Source: Clostridia bacterium
Lineage (GTDB): Bacteria > Bacillota > Clostridia > Christensenellales > UBA1242
Assembly: GCA_045594425.1 (NCBI GenBank)
Contig: JAZNYK010000003.1
Location: 2,929 to 66,928, forward strand
Length of the DNA: 64,000 nt
Reading direction: 5' to 3'
A program made the translations under genes and the position numbers. Positions 9,534-19,699 of the stretch are shown here, piece after piece (the stretch's first letter is position 1; each line of letters begins with the position of its first letter). The notes under the pieces are model-generated. The model did no database searches. It was not told the origin of the DNA and saw only the letters and a list, made by a program, of their open reading frames with translations.

Positions 9534-11312
9534 ATGAATAATTTAGTAAAATATGACCCTTTGCTTTTTAAATGTCCAAAGGGAACAATAGCAAAGGGAA
9601 ACACTGTAAACTTTGAGATTTTTGTTGACCCAAGTGTAAAACCTAACATGGTTTTATTTATGTGCAAAGAAGATAAGGATGCTGATTATACATACACTGA
9701 AATGAAAAAATCGCAAAATGGTTATGAAATTTCAGTCAAATTTGATAATTTTGGGCATTTTTGGTATAATTTTAAATTAATTTTTGATAATTATCAGATG
9801 TTTTTAAGCAAAACATACGACAATTATTCATGTTGTTGTTACGATAACAAGGGTGAAGACTTTTTGCAACTTGTTTCAAGAAAGCCTTACACTTGCACAA
9901 ACTCAATGCAGGGCGGTCTTATTTATCAAATTTTTGTAGACAGGTTTTGCAAAGAAGGCAAGGTTGAGAACAGAGAACCCCTTATTCTTCGTGATGACTG
10001 GGGTGGTGGTATTCAAAAAAACACAACTGACCCGCTTATTATTAATCTTGAAGTGTTTGGTGGAAACTTTAATGGAATTACATCAAAACTTGATTATCTA
10101 GAAGAACTTGGTGTAACAACAATTTATCTCAATCCTATAGGAATGGCAAACAGTTCTCATAAATATGACACAGCCGACTATATGCACGTTGACTCAATGT
10201 TTGGAACCGAAGAAGACTTTGTGAATCTTGTAAACAAAGCCAAAGAAAAAGGTATGCAAATTGTTTTTGATGGTGTGTATAATCACACAGGTTCAGACTC
10301 TATTTATTTCAATAAATACGGCAGATTTGACACTTTGGGGGCATATAAAAGCAAAAAGTCAAAGTTCTATGAATGGTATGATTTTATCGACTATCCAGAC
10401 AAATATTATAGTTGGTGGGGCATTGATACCCTTCCAAGCATAAAAGACGACAACCAAGATTTTCAAAACTATATTGCTGGTGAAAATGGTGTGCTTGACA
10501 AGTTTATGAAACTTGGTGTGGCTGGCGTTAGACTTGATGTTGTTGATGAAATTTCTGATGAGTTCACCAAAAAGATTTCTGACAGAGTTCATAAATATGG
10601 TGATGACAGAGTTGTTATGGGTGAAGTTTGGGAAGATGCTTCAACAAAAATCAGTTATTCTTCAAGAAGGTCATACTTTACAAACAATGAACTTAACAGC
10701 GTTATGAACTATCCTGTTAAAGAAACCATTTTAAACTATATCAAAACAAAAAGCACATTTGAACTTTGTTCAACCTTAAGAATGCTACAAAACAATTATC
10801 CAAAAGTTGTTCTTGATAATTTGATGAACTTTTTAAGCACGCATGACACTGGAAGAATGTTCACTGATTTAATCAACATTGCAGATGGAAATAGAGAAAA
10901 AGCAACAAAATTAATGAAGATAGCGTCTTTGTTAACATTTACACTTCCAGGTGTTCCATCAATTTTCTATGGTGATGAATATGGTATGGAAAACAATGAT
11001 AATTCATCACGAGGTTGTTTTGATTGGAATAACTATAATAACGAAATTTTTGCTTGGTATAAAAAACTTTCTGGCATTAGAAAATATGCTGTAATGAAAG
11101 ATGGCGAAATGAATATTCTTTATGCCGACTATGGAAAGTTTGTTTTTGAACGTGTGTCAGACAACGAGCGAATCGTTGTTATGACAAACATGAGCAACTC
11201 TCCATTAGACATTAATTTAGAAGGCGAGTTTGTCTCGTTTGTTACAGGCAAAAAAATTAATTCATTTAAATTAAAAGAAAACGAACTTGAAATATTAATT
11301 GAGAAAAAATAA
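9534..11312 (+). CDS. GH13 alpha-amylase-family glycosidase (neopullulanase/cyclomaltodextrinase-like)
   Basis: GH13 regions FVDRF, GVRLDVVDE, GEVWED and FLSTHDT, with an N-terminal beta-domain. No signal peptide. Confidence 0.8.
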   Translation: MNNLVKYDPLLFKCPKGTIAKGNTVNFEIFVDPSVKPNMVLFMCKEDKDADYTYTEMKKSQNGYEISVKFDNFGHFWYNFKLIFDNYQMFLSKTYDNYSCCCYDNKGEDFLQLVSRKPYTCTNSMQGGLIYQIFVDRFCKEGKVENREPLILRDDWGGGIQKNTTDPLIINLEVFGGNFNGITSKLDYLEELGVTTIYLNPIGMANSSHKYDTADYMHVDSMFGTEEDFVNLVNKAKEKGMQIVFDGVYNHTGSDSIYFNKYGRFDTLGAYKSKKSKFYEWYDFIDYPDKYYSWWGIDTLPSIKDDNQDFQNYIAGENGVLDKFMKLGVAGVRLDVVDEISDEFTKKISDRVHKYGDDRVVMGEVWEDASTKISYSSRRSYFTNNELNSVMNYPVKETILNYIKTKSTFELCSTLRMLQNNYPKVVLDNLMNFLSTHDTGRMFTDLINIADGNREKATKLMKIASLLTFTLPGVPSIFYGDEYGMENNDNSSRGCFDWNNYNNEIFAWYKKLSGIRKYAVMKDGEMNILYADYGKFVFERVSDNERIVVMTNMSNSPLDINLEGEFVSFVTGKKINSFKLKENELEILIEKK

Positions 11313-11340
11313 AAACACAACAACTTGTTGTGTTTTTTAT
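11313..11340 (+). terminator. Rho-independent terminator after the GH13 gene
   Basis: ACACAAC...GTTGTGT hairpin followed by TTTTTTAT. Confidence 0.7.
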
Positions 11341-11370
11341 TTGTTAAAAATTTTAATTAAAAATGCAAAA

Positions 11371-11952
11371 TTATGCGTTTTTGTTATCATTTTTTACATC
11401 TTTATAGATATTTGAATTTTTTATAACATCATCAAAAAACGAACGTGCTTCAGGAATAATGTAGTCATAATATTTTTTCGGATTGTTTCTAATTTTTGTT
11501 CCGCTAATGTCAATTTCTGTGCGGTCAAAACAAACAAATTCACATTCAGGAAAATATGTTTCATTTAGTCCACGATATGTTTCATCGGCAAACTTAACAT
11601 TAACTTTGTGATGTGTGAGTTTTTTGAAGGCTTTGCTCCATTCTGCCTGACCCGCAGGGAATGCCTTGTGTTTGTTTTCATTCATAAAAATAACTTTGAT
11701 TTTTGGATTATTTTTATAATGCTCTTTCAACCAACCAATTCGCATTTCTGGTGAAAGGTATGGAATGTTTGAACGTTCACAAAGAGTTTTTACGTTGTGC
11801 TCGTTGTTAGTGACAACAACCAATAGTTCATCGCAATATTCCGCCGCTCTGTCAATTTGAGTCGTGTGTCCAAGATGTGGCGGAACAAATTTTCCAACAA
11901 GTGCACCTATCTTTTTTGTTTGATTGTTTTTCTTTTTGAATAATTTAAACAT
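11371..11952 (-). CDS. NadR-type nicotinamide-nucleotide adenylyltransferase domain protein (cytidylyltransferase-like fold)
   Basis: GALVGKFVPPHLGHTTQIDRAAEYCDELLVVV matches the HxGH nucleotidyltransferase motif in the GKF.P.H.GH context of NadR NMNAT domains. At 193 aa it has no ribosylnicotinamide-kinase domain. Confidence 0.6.
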   Translation of the reverse strand: MFKLFKKKNNQTKKIGALVGKFVPPHLGHTTQIDRAAEYCDELLVVVTNNEHNVKTLCERSNIPYLSPEMRIGWLKEHYKNNPKIKVIFMNENKHKAFPAGQAEWSKAFKKLTHHKVNVKFADETYRGLNETYFPECEFVCFDRTEIDISGTKIRNNPKKYYDYIIPEARSFFDDVIKNSNIYKDVKNDNKNA

Positions 11953-12036
11953 ATTTCATTTTCCTTTTTTATGGTGTTATTATATAATTAATGTATGTTA
12001 AAAATCAAATAAAAAGGTTTTTATTAAGGATTTTAT

Positions 12037-12774
12037 ATGGAAAATTTATCAAAACAAATTGTTGAGTTTATAAAAGATTATGTTAAAGACGCTCACGCAA
12101 AAGGTGTTGTGATTGGAATGAGTGGAGGCAAAGATAGTTTTGTTGCCTGCAAACTTTGTGTTCTTGCACTTGGAAAAGAAAATGTTTTTGGGGTTATCAT
12201 GCCAAATGCAAAAATGACAGACCTTGAAATTGCCAAAAGTGAATGTGAACTTCTTGGAATAAAGTATAAGGTGGCAGACATTTCTAATCTTTATAACGAA
12301 ACCATAAATTTAACCCAAAATATTTTAGAAACAAAAACACTATCAGATGTGTCAACAATCAACATTGCACCAAGGCTTCGCATGAATGTTTTATATTCTG
12401 TTGCGGGAACGCTTGGTTATTTGGTTGTAAACACATCAAACCTTTCCGAAACCATGATTGGTTATTCAACAAAATGGGGTGATGGTGTTGGTGATTTTGC
12501 TCCGCTTCAAGACTTAACAAAAACCGAAGTATGCGAACTTGGTTTAAGTTTGGGACTTCCTGAAAATTTGGTTAACAAAACGCCAGACGATGGTCTTTCA
12601 GGAAAAACAGATGAAGAAAAACTTGGGTTTTCTTATGCTGAACTTGACGGTTTTATTAGAACAGGACAAAAGGGAATAAACTTCGACAAAATTCAAAAAA
12701 TGCATACAGTTTCAAACCACAAAAGAGCACTTCCAACAAAATTCAAAACAAACAGAAAAAATTATTTCAAATAA
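12037..12774 (+). CDS. nadE: NH3-dependent NAD+ synthetase
   Basis: PP-loop GMSGGKDS. STKWGDGVGDFAPLQDLTKTEV is typical of NadE. Confidence 0.85.
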   Translation: MENLSKQIVEFIKDYVKDAHAKGVVIGMSGGKDSFVACKLCVLALGKENVFGVIMPNAKMTDLEIAKSECELLGIKYKVADISNLYNETINLTQNILETKTLSDVSTINIAPRLRMNVLYSVAGTLGYLVVNTSNLSETMIGYSTKWGDGVGDFAPLQDLTKTEVCELGLSLGLPENLVNKTPDDGLSGKTDEEKLGFSYAELDGFIRTGQKGINFDKIQKMHTVSNHKRALPTKFKTNRKNYFK

Positions 12775-12803
12775 AAAACGATAGAATTTCTATCGTTTTT
12801 ATT
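12772..12803. terminator. Bidirectional terminator between convergent nadE and the 12804..13868 gene
   Basis: Palindrome ACGATAGAA-T-TTCTATCGT flanked by an A-run and a T-run. Confidence 0.7.
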
Positions 12804-13868
12804 TTAAATTTTTTCTTGAGTTTTTGTGGATTTTTCAAATGGATTATCAAGCCCTAAACTTTTGAATAAGAATATCAAATATTGTTTTTCAAGGTCGTGA
12901 ATATATGTTGAATTAACTTTAATGTTGTTTTTTTCGTCTGCTATATTAATGCCAGAGGTTAAGTCATAAAAACTTTCGGCGAGTTTGGTTCCAAATGATT
13001 GGTCATAGTCACTTGACGCAGCGGTTAAGCGGTCTTTTAAAACAGACACAAACCCACAAGTTTCTTTTATTTTAGAACGCCTAATTTGAAGTTCTTTTAA
13101 TGTCATTGATGCTTGAAGGCTAGATTGGGCAAGGGTTCTGTCTAACGGATTTTTTCTTTGTTTTTTCTGAATTTCTGAAAGGAACTTGTTTTGTTCTGCA
13201 ACAAGAGATTCGTTCATTTCAATAACTGGTGCAAGTGTTATAGCAATATTTTCAATTTGTTCTTTTGAAAGAATTGATAGTTCTGTTCGAGGTTTTCCAT
13301 AAAACATTGTTGGATATCCACGGCTGTTTAGGTCGTCTTCCAATGCTCTAAAAATGGCAACAAACGCCTTTACGTTCATTGCATCTTGCAAGGCAGTTCT
13401 ATATGTGTAATATGTGTTTATCAAAAAGTTCATGCCAAGCCTGTTTTCTGCAATAATTGCATAGTTGTCAAAACGGTCAAACACGGCTTTAAAATCTGGG
13501 TCTAAAATTTCGTATTCATCAAAACATTCATTAAATTTCTTGTTTGTTTTATAATAATTATTAAATTGTTCCATTAGTGAGGCTTGCATTTTTGCCATTT
13601 CAACGTCAATATCAATATCAGAAAATGTGAGTTGTATTGCATTGTTCAAATTATCAAAAACACCTTTTCGTGTTTCAAGAGCCCCGCTCATTTTTTCATC
13701 AATCCAATAATCACGGATTGTTTTTCCTCCAAAAATATCATCACGTGAATAAACATTGCCACCTTGCAAATTAAGTTTTCCTTGATTTGCAATTCTAAAG
13801 CAAGTGTAGTTGCAAGAAATTGCATCACACAAAAGGTCATATAACGTAGGGTCTTTTCTTTTTTTCAT
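12804..13868 (-). CDS. Hypothetical protein (about 354 aa, predicted mostly helical)
   Basis: Long ORF. Start moved to ATG 13868, which follows GGTGG. No family recognised by eye. Confidence 0.6.
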   Translation of the reverse strand: MKKRKDPTLYDLLCDAISCNYTCFRIANQGKLNLQGGNVYSRDDIFGGKTIRDYWIDEKMSGALETRKGVFDNLNNAIQLTFSDIDIDVEMAKMQASLMEQFNNYYKTNKKFNECFDEYEILDPDFKAVFDRFDNYAIIAENRLGMNFLINTYYTYRTALQDAMNVKAFVAIFRALEDDLNSRGYPTMFYGKPRTELSILSKEQIENIAITLAPVIEMNESLVAEQNKFLSEIQKKQRKNPLDRTLAQSSLQASMTLKELQIRRSKIKETCGFVSVLKDRLTAASSDYDQSFGTKLAESFYDLTSGINIADEKNNIKVNSTYIHDLEKQYLIFLFKSLGLDNPFEKSTKTQEKI

Positions 13869-13988
13869 AAACAAAACCACCTTGTTTTTCTGAAAAAATT
13901 ATAGCACATAGAGGTTTATAATTCAATACCCAAAATTTTTGTAGATTTTTTAAAACAAAAATAAAAAAGAAGACTGTTTTAGTCTTCT

Positions 13989-14894
13989 TTATTTCCATAA
14001 GTTTTCCGGATAAATTCCTTCAATAACAAGATTTTTGATTGCAGAAATAACTTCTTGTAAATCTTCTTTATATGTCATGCCATACCATTTTGCTGTGGTG
14101 TCTAAAACCTCAACGCTTGCTTTGTTTGATTCAATAAGTTTTGAAACCACTGTTGGCAAGAAATATTCACAAGAATCAAGGTTGTTTTTATTTTCTTCCA
14201 AAAACTCCGCAAAATAACTTTCTAAATGGTCTGCAAATGTTTTTGAAAAACCAAACATATTCATTGAAACAATAGTGTTTGGTTCAATAATTTTTGGAGT
14301 AGGGTCTGAACCATCAATTGCAGATGCTGAAAGTGAACCATCTTCAAGTTTGTCAATTTTTGATTCAGTGATGGTTTTTAATATTTTTCCGTCACAAGCA
14401 CAAACGCCACGTTTAACGCTTCCGCTGTTTCCAAAAGTGTTGATTGCTCTAAATCCAACAATTGAATATTTATCTTCATCTTTATTGTTTTTTAAAAATT
14501 CCGAAACCACCTTAAATGCGTCATAACCATAAAAATCATCTGCGTTAATAACTGCAAATCCAGAAGTTATTAAAGGTTTTGCGCAAAGCACAGCGTGGCC
14601 AGTTCCAAATGGTTTTGTTCGAGTCTCTGGCACTGCGTATTTTGAAGGGATGTTTTTGTTGTTTTGAAAAACATATTCAGTTTTAATTAGTTTTTCAACT
14701 CTAGAGCCAACTGTTGAACGGAAAAGGTCAAAATTTTCTTCCTTAATAATAAAAACAACTTTGTCAAAACCGCATCTGATAGCGTCATAGATTGAATAGT
14801 CAATAATAAAATTTCCATTTGAGTCAACAGGTTCAATTTGTTTGAGTCCGCCAAAACGTGAACCCATGCCTGCTGCCATAATAACAAGTTCCAT
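13989..14894 (-). CDS. Sugar-phosphate nucleotidyltransferase
   Basis: N-terminal MELVIMAAGMGSRFGGLKQ is the G-rich NTP-transferase loop. 301 aa. Confidence 0.7.
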   Translation of the reverse strand: MELVIMAAGMGSRFGGLKQIEPVDSNGNFIIDYSIYDAIRCGFDKVVFIIKEENFDLFRSTVGSRVEKLIKTEYVFQNNKNIPSKYAVPETRTKPFGTGHAVLCAKPLITSGFAVINADDFYGYDAFKVVSEFLKNNKDEDKYSIVGFRAINTFGNSGSVKRGVCACDGKILKTITESKIDKLEDGSLSASAIDGSDPTPKIIEPNTIVSMNMFGFSKTFADHLESYFAEFLEENKNNLDSCEYFLPTVVSKLIESNKASVEVLDTTAKWYGMTYKEDLQEVISAIKNLVIEGIYPENLWK

Positions 14895-15079
14895 ATTTCA
14901 CCTATAATTTATTTTATGCTCGAAACAAAAATGTGATATTCAAGCAAGAAAATTATACAACATATACAAATAAAAGTAAAATGTTATAAAAATAAAAAAT
15001 TTTTTGTCAAAAAAACTTGATAGAATTTAAATTTGCATTTACAATAATAGTCGACAAATAAATTATTTAGGAGGAAATT

Positions 15080-16171
15080 ATGAATTGGGAAGGTATTTGG
15101 AATGATATCGTAAACTTTTTTTCGAGAAACATCTGGAACATTTTGTTGTTCATAGTTGTATTCTTTGTAGGTAGAGCAGTTGTTAAGTTGCTCATCAATT
15201 TTGTAAAAAAGATGTTTGCAAAATCAAAAATGGAAGGCATAACACAAAGTTTCTTGATTGCAATTGTTAGAGTTATTTTGTGGCTCATTTTAATTCTTAT
15301 TTTGTTAAGCATTATTGGAATTCAAGTAACGGGAATTGTTACAGCGCTTTCAGCAGTTGTTCTTGCTGTTGGTATGGCTTTGCAAAACATCATCGCAAAC
15401 GTTGCAAACGGAATTGTAATTGTTACATCAAAAATTTTCAAAAAGGGTGATTATGTTGAAGCAAATGGCGCAAGTGGTTCAGTTACACACATTAACTTCT
15501 TGTTTACAACAATCACAACAACAGATAATAAAAGAGTAACAATTCCAAACTCTGAAATTATTAATAATAACGTTACAAACTATGGTTCAAATGATTCTAG
15601 ACGTGTTGAATTTACATTCTCTGTTGCTTATGAAAGTGATGTTGAACAAGTTAAGAAAATCATCACCGATGTTATCAAAAGCAATGGTGCTGTTTATTTG
15701 GACCCAGCACCATTCTGCAGATTAAAAACATTAAATGCTAGCAGTTTGGACTTCTTCTGTCACTGCTGGTGTGATAGAGGCGATTATTGGGATGTTTATT
15801 ATTATGTTGTAGAAAATGTTTATAATGAATTCAAACGTAACGGAATTTCTGTTCCATACAATCAAATCGAAGTTAGAGAAAGAAAAGATGTTGTTAAAAT
15901 GCCAGTTATTGGTGATGGCATTCCAGAAAGAGTTGAAAAAATCAGAAACAAAAAGAACAGAAAAGTTGATTTAGAAAACATCAAATTCTCTGAAATTTTG
16001 CACATCAAAAAGAAAGGCTCTTCAAGTAGCAAAAAATCAAAGAAAAAGACAACAAAAGAAAATGTTGCGGAAACAAAACCGGCAACAGAGGCAAAGGCAG
16101 AAACAGTCATCAAAGATGAAAGCATAACAAAAAGTGACAAAAAGATGAAAAAGTATGACCCAGAAGACTAA
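15080..16171 (+). CDS. Small-conductance mechanosensitive channel (MscS family) with a Lys-rich C-terminal tail
   Basis: Three N-terminal TM segments. GSVTHINFLFTTITTTDNKRVTIPNSEIINNNVTNYG matches the MscS beta-domain signature. The tail reads KKKGSSSSKKSKKKTTKE... Confidence 0.8.
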   Translation: MNWEGIWNDIVNFFSRNIWNILLFIVVFFVGRAVVKLLINFVKKMFAKSKMEGITQSFLIAIVRVILWLILILILLSIIGIQVTGIVTALSAVVLAVGMALQNIIANVANGIVIVTSKIFKKGDYVEANGASGSVTHINFLFTTITTTDNKRVTIPNSEIINNNVTNYGSNDSRRVEFTFSVAYESDVEQVKKIITDVIKSNGAVYLDPAPFCRLKTLNASSLDFFCHCWCDRGDYWDVYYYVVENVYNEFKRNGISVPYNQIEVRERKDVVKMPVIGDGIPERVEKIRNKKNRKVDLENIKFSEILHIKKKGSSSSKKSKKKTTKENVAETKPATEAKAETVIKDESITKSDKKMKKYDPED

Positions 16172-16176
16172 ATAAA

Positions 16177-16205
16177 AAGACTTCATATTTGAAGTCTTTT
16201 TTTGT
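16177..16205. terminator. Terminator hairpin between convergent MscS and dxs genes
   Basis: AAGACTTCA-TATT-TGAAGTCTT followed by a T-run. Confidence 0.75.
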
Positions 16206-16220
16206 TGCAAAAATAACAAA

Positions 16221-17993
16221 TTAATCATTTAAAATATCTTCAAAAACTTCTGCAATATCTTGGCTTGCGAGTTCTGGGGTTAGGTGATATTTTTCTTTAA
16301 GTTCAGCAACAGGCACTTGTTCGGTAAACTCTTTGTTTGCACCAAAATTCAAAACACGCATTTTGGTAGGACCATAAAACCTTGCTATTTTTTCTCCAAA
16401 ACCGCCATCAAGAACAGCATTTTCAAAAGTTACAACCAATTTGTGGCTTTGTTTCAAATTGTTTAAAAATTCAATATCAAATCCGTTTGAATAAACAGGG
16501 TTTATCACACTTGCAGAAAGGTTATATTTTTCATTTAATATTTTCTGAACATCTTTTGCAATATCTAAAAATTTTCCAAGTCCAACAAGAGCAATATCTT
16601 TTTGCTCGTCAATCATTTTAAATTTGTTGATTTGCCCGTCAAAATCTTCAAAAACAATGTCTTCAGAAACTTCTTCTGTTGGGACTCTTATGATTACAGG
16701 GTGTTCATTTTGTTCAATTGCCCAATCCAAAATTGAAAGAGTTTCGTTTGTGTTTGATGGTGACAAGCAAACAAGGTTAGGAATATTGTTTGTAAGTTGC
16801 AAATCAAATATGCCAAGGTGTGTTGCACTTGCTTTTGAAAGTTCACCCCTATAAACCAAAATAACAGCGGGACTTTTGTTTAAAGCAAGGTCTTGTGAAA
16901 GTTGGTCATAAGTTCGTTGAATAAATGAACTGTTAAATGCAAGAACAGGTTTTGCCCCATTTTTTGCAAGAGCACTTGCAAGGGCAACTGCGTGTTCTTC
17001 AGCAATACCAACATCTATATATTGCTTTTTTAAACTGTTCCTAAATTCTTCATTAAAACCAAAAATGCCAGGGGTTGCAGCAGTTATAACTGCAAGGTTT
17101 TTTGTGAGTTTTGCCTTGTTCTTAAGATAATTTCTTATAGCAAAAGCGCAGGTGTTTGTGTCGGCTGGTTTAACAAGTTCACCTGTTTCTGTGTAAAATG
17201 GCGCCGAGAAATGCCAGCGTTCTTTTTTTGTTTCGGCAAAAGAAAATCCCTTTCCTTTTGTTGTGTGTATATGAACAACAATTGGTTTTTTTGTATTTTT
17301 CACACTTTCAAAAACAGTGATAAGTTTTTGAATGTTATTGCCTTCTTCAAGGTAAATATAATCAAATCCAAATGCTTTAAAAAAATTGTTTTTGCTAGCA
17401 CCAGCGGTGTCACGAAGTTCTTTTAAGTTTTTATAAAGTCCACCTTGGTTGTTTGAAATACTCATTTCATTATCATTAACAACAATAATCATGTTTGAGT
17501 TAAGTGTGCTTGCGTTGTTTAATCCTTCAAAGGCTTCACCGCCAGAAAGCGAGCCATCTCCAATAACTGCAACAACAGCATATTTTTCGCCATTCAAATC
17601 TCTAGCCTTTGCCACGCCTGTTGCAAGACTGATTGATGTTGAGGTGTGTCCAATTTTAAAAGTATCATAAGGGCTTTCTTCAGGTGAAAGATAAGGTGAA
17701 ACTGTGTCAAATTTGTCATCTTCAACAAAACCATGCTTTCTGCCGGTTAGTATCTTGTGCGGATAGCATTGATGTGATACATCAAGAATAAGTTTGTCTT
17801 TCAAAAAATCAAAGACATAATGAAGAGCAATGGTTGTTTCAACAATCCCCAGATTTGGTCCAACGTGTCCGCCAATCTTGCTAACTCTGTTTAAAACCGC
17901 ATCTCGAACATCTTGAGCAAGAAGGTCAAGTTCGGCTAATTCTAGTTTTTTTAAATCTTTGGGACTATTTATTTTATTTAAAATTTCAAACAT
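16221..17993 (-). CDS. dxs: 1-deoxy-D-xylulose-5-phosphate synthase
   Basis: MFEILNKINSPKDLKKL start, GGHVGPNLG, and ThDP motif GDGSLSGGEAFEGLNN. Start moved from 18059 to ATG 17993. Confidence 0.9.
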   Translation of the reverse strand: MFEILNKINSPKDLKKLELAELDLLAQDVRDAVLNRVSKIGGHVGPNLGIVETTIALHYVFDFLKDKLILDVSHQCYPHKILTGRKHGFVEDDKFDTVSPYLSPEESPYDTFKIGHTSTSISLATGVAKARDLNGEKYAVVAVIGDGSLSGGEAFEGLNNASTLNSNMIIVVNDNEMSISNNQGGLYKNLKELRDTAGASKNNFFKAFGFDYIYLEEGNNIQKLITVFESVKNTKKPIVVHIHTTKGKGFSFAETKKERWHFSAPFYTETGELVKPADTNTCAFAIRNYLKNKAKLTKNLAVITAATPGIFGFNEEFRNSLKKQYIDVGIAEEHAVALASALAKNGAKPVLAFNSSFIQRTYDQLSQDLALNKSPAVILVYRGELSKASATHLGIFDLQLTNNIPNLVCLSPSNTNETLSILDWAIEQNEHPVIIRVPTEEVSEDIVFEDFDGQINKFKMIDEQKDIALVGLGKFLDIAKDVQKILNEKYNLSASVINPVYSNGFDIEFLNNLKQSHKLVVTFENAVLDGGFGEKIARFYGPTKMRVLNFGANKEFTEQVPVAELKEKYHLTPELASQDIAEVFEDILND

Positions 17994-18132
17994 AAAAACC
18001 ATCCTTTTAATTGCTAGAAAAAGTTTAACACAAACTTGTTCTTTTGGCAACCTAAACAAAAGTGTGCACGTGTCAAAAATACCAAAATTTAAAAAGTTGA
18101 TTTTTTGTTAGTGTTGGTGCTAAAATAAAATC

Positions 18133-18738
18133 ATGGAAAAAGATACTAGCAAAGTTGTAAGTTCAAATTTAACAAAACTTCGAAAGCAAAAAAAACTTAC
18201 TCAATTAGAACTTGCAAACAAATTTAATTTTAGCGACAAAACAATTTCAAAATGGGAAAGTGGTGAATCCCTTCCAAATATTGATGTCCTTTGCAAACTA
18301 GCCGAATTTTATGATGTTACATTAAACGATTTAGTTAATCCTGATTTTGAAGTTGAACAAAAAAATAAAAAAGATGAGGGTTTCAGCAATAAAATTGCAA
18401 TTGCCAGTTTAGCGGTTTCAATTATTTGGTTTGTTGTGACCATAATTTTTGTTTACGTCAAAATTTTGACCGGCTATTCAATCTGGACATTGTTTGTTTG
18501 GGCAGTTCCTTTTTCTGCAATATTAAGTTTGATTTTCAATGCAATTTGGGGAACGCGAAAAGCAAAGTTTATTCTGCTTTCAGTTTTTTTGTGGACGCTT
18601 CTTGTTGCACTTTATTTGCAAACAATTGTTTACAACATTTGGCCTATTTTCATTTTGGGGGTTCCTTCACAAATCACAATTGTTTTGTGGTCAAGATTAA
18701 AACCTAAAAACAAAAAGAAAATACATTGGTTAAATTGA
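18133..18738 (+). CDS. XRE-family HTH regulator fused to a 4-TM membrane domain
   Basis: LTKLRKQKKLTQLELANKFNFSDKTISKWESGESLPNIDVLCKLAEFYDVTLNDL is a Cro/C1-type HTH. Hydrophobic segments follow. Confidence 0.75.
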   Translation: MEKDTSKVVSSNLTKLRKQKKLTQLELANKFNFSDKTISKWESGESLPNIDVLCKLAEFYDVTLNDLVNPDFEVEQKNKKDEGFSNKIAIASLAVSIIWFVVTIIFVYVKILTGYSIWTLFVWAVPFSAILSLIFNAIWGTRKAKFILLSVFLWTLLVALYLQTIVYNIWPIFILGVPSQITIVLWSRLKPKNKKKIHWLN

Positions 18739-18770
18739 ACAAATTTAAGTTATTATTATTAAAATTTTAA

Positions 18771-18806
18771 AAGGTCTATCATTTTTAAAGTGATAGACCT
18801 TTTTCG
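18771..18806 (+). terminator. Rho-independent terminator
   Basis: AGGTCTATCA...TGATAGACCT followed by TTTT. Confidence 0.8.
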
Positions 18807-19054
18807 ATTTTTGATTATTTTTTGGAAAATTAACATTTTTTTTAAACTTCAATAAAATAACATAAAGAGCAATTAAATTTGATAAATTTGCACAAAAAAA
18901 CAGCAAAAAGTGGTCACAATTTTTTGATTTTTTGCAGGGGTGATTTTTTATATAAAAATTTTCACAAAATTTTGTAAATGCTGATATTTTCGAAATTTGT
19001 ATTGCAAAATGTCATATTATGTTATAAACTATCTGTGGAAAAAGGAGTAAATTT

Positions 19055-19699
19055 ATGAAAAAATCAGGTGTAAAAAATCAAAAAACAACGACCACTTTTT
19101 TAGGAGTTATTGATGATGAGGCAGAAGTTGCTGATGATGTTTTAATTTATCCAAACGTTTACATATTGGGTAAGTGCAAAATTGGAAGCGGAACAGTGAT
19201 TTATCCAAACACAACTATCGAAAACTCTGAAATTGGTGAAAACTGCGTTATTAAAAGCAGTTATATTGAAGATTCAGTTATTAAAAACAATGTTAGCATT
19301 GGACCATTTGCACACATCAGGCCTCATTCGCTTATCGAAAACGACTGCAAAATAGGTAATTTTGTCGAAATAAAAGCAAGCACATTGGGTGAGGGGACAA
19401 AAGCCTCGCATCTTGCATATGTTGGTGATGCTGATGTTGGCAAAAAATGCAACATTGGATGTGGGGCAATATTTGTAAATTATAATGGCAAAAGCAAAAA
19501 TAGAACATCTGTTGGTGACAATTGTTTTGTTGGAAGCAATTGTAATATTGTTGCTCCTATAAATATCGCAAACAATTCTTATATTTGTGCAGGGACAACG
19601 TTAACTGTCGACACAGAAAATGCTGATTTTGTTATTGGTAGATGCAGAGAAACTATAAAGAAAAACAGAGCAAACAATTATTTAAAGGAGATTTTATAA
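19055..19699 (+). CDS. GlmU-like left-handed beta-helix acetyltransferase domain only (glucosamine-1-phosphate N-acetyltransferase-like)
   Basis: GPFAHIRPHSLIENDCKIGNFVEIKASTLGEGTKASHLAYVGDADVGKKCNIGCGAIFVNYNGKSKNRTSVGDNCFVGSNCNIVAP matches the C-terminal half of GlmU. The protein is only 214 aa and has no uridyltransferase domain. TAATG overlap with glmM. Confidence 0.75.
   Translation: MKKSGVKNQKTTTTFLGVIDDEAEVADDVLIYPNVYILGKCKIGSGTVIYPNTTIENSEIGENCVIKSSYIEDSVIKNNVSIGPFAHIRPHSLIENDCKIGNFVEIKASTLGEGTKASHLAYVGDADVGKKCNIGCGAIFVNYNGKSKNRTSVGDNCFVGSNCNIVAPINIANNSYICAGTTLTVDTENADFVIGRCRETIKKNRANNYLKEIL

Noticed and set aside
1731-11312. Absence of glgC/glgD from the glycogen cluster as a possible anomaly
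   Set aside because: ADP-glucose pyrophosphorylase genes may lie elsewhere in the genome, and this cannot be judged from one window.
18806-19054. Looked for a glmS ribozyme or other riboswitch upstream of the glmU(C)-glmM-glmS operon
   Set aside because: I could not find a conserved glmS ribozyme core or a convincing pseudoknotted structure. The region reads as plain A/T-rich promoter DNA. A covariance-model scan would be needed to be certain.
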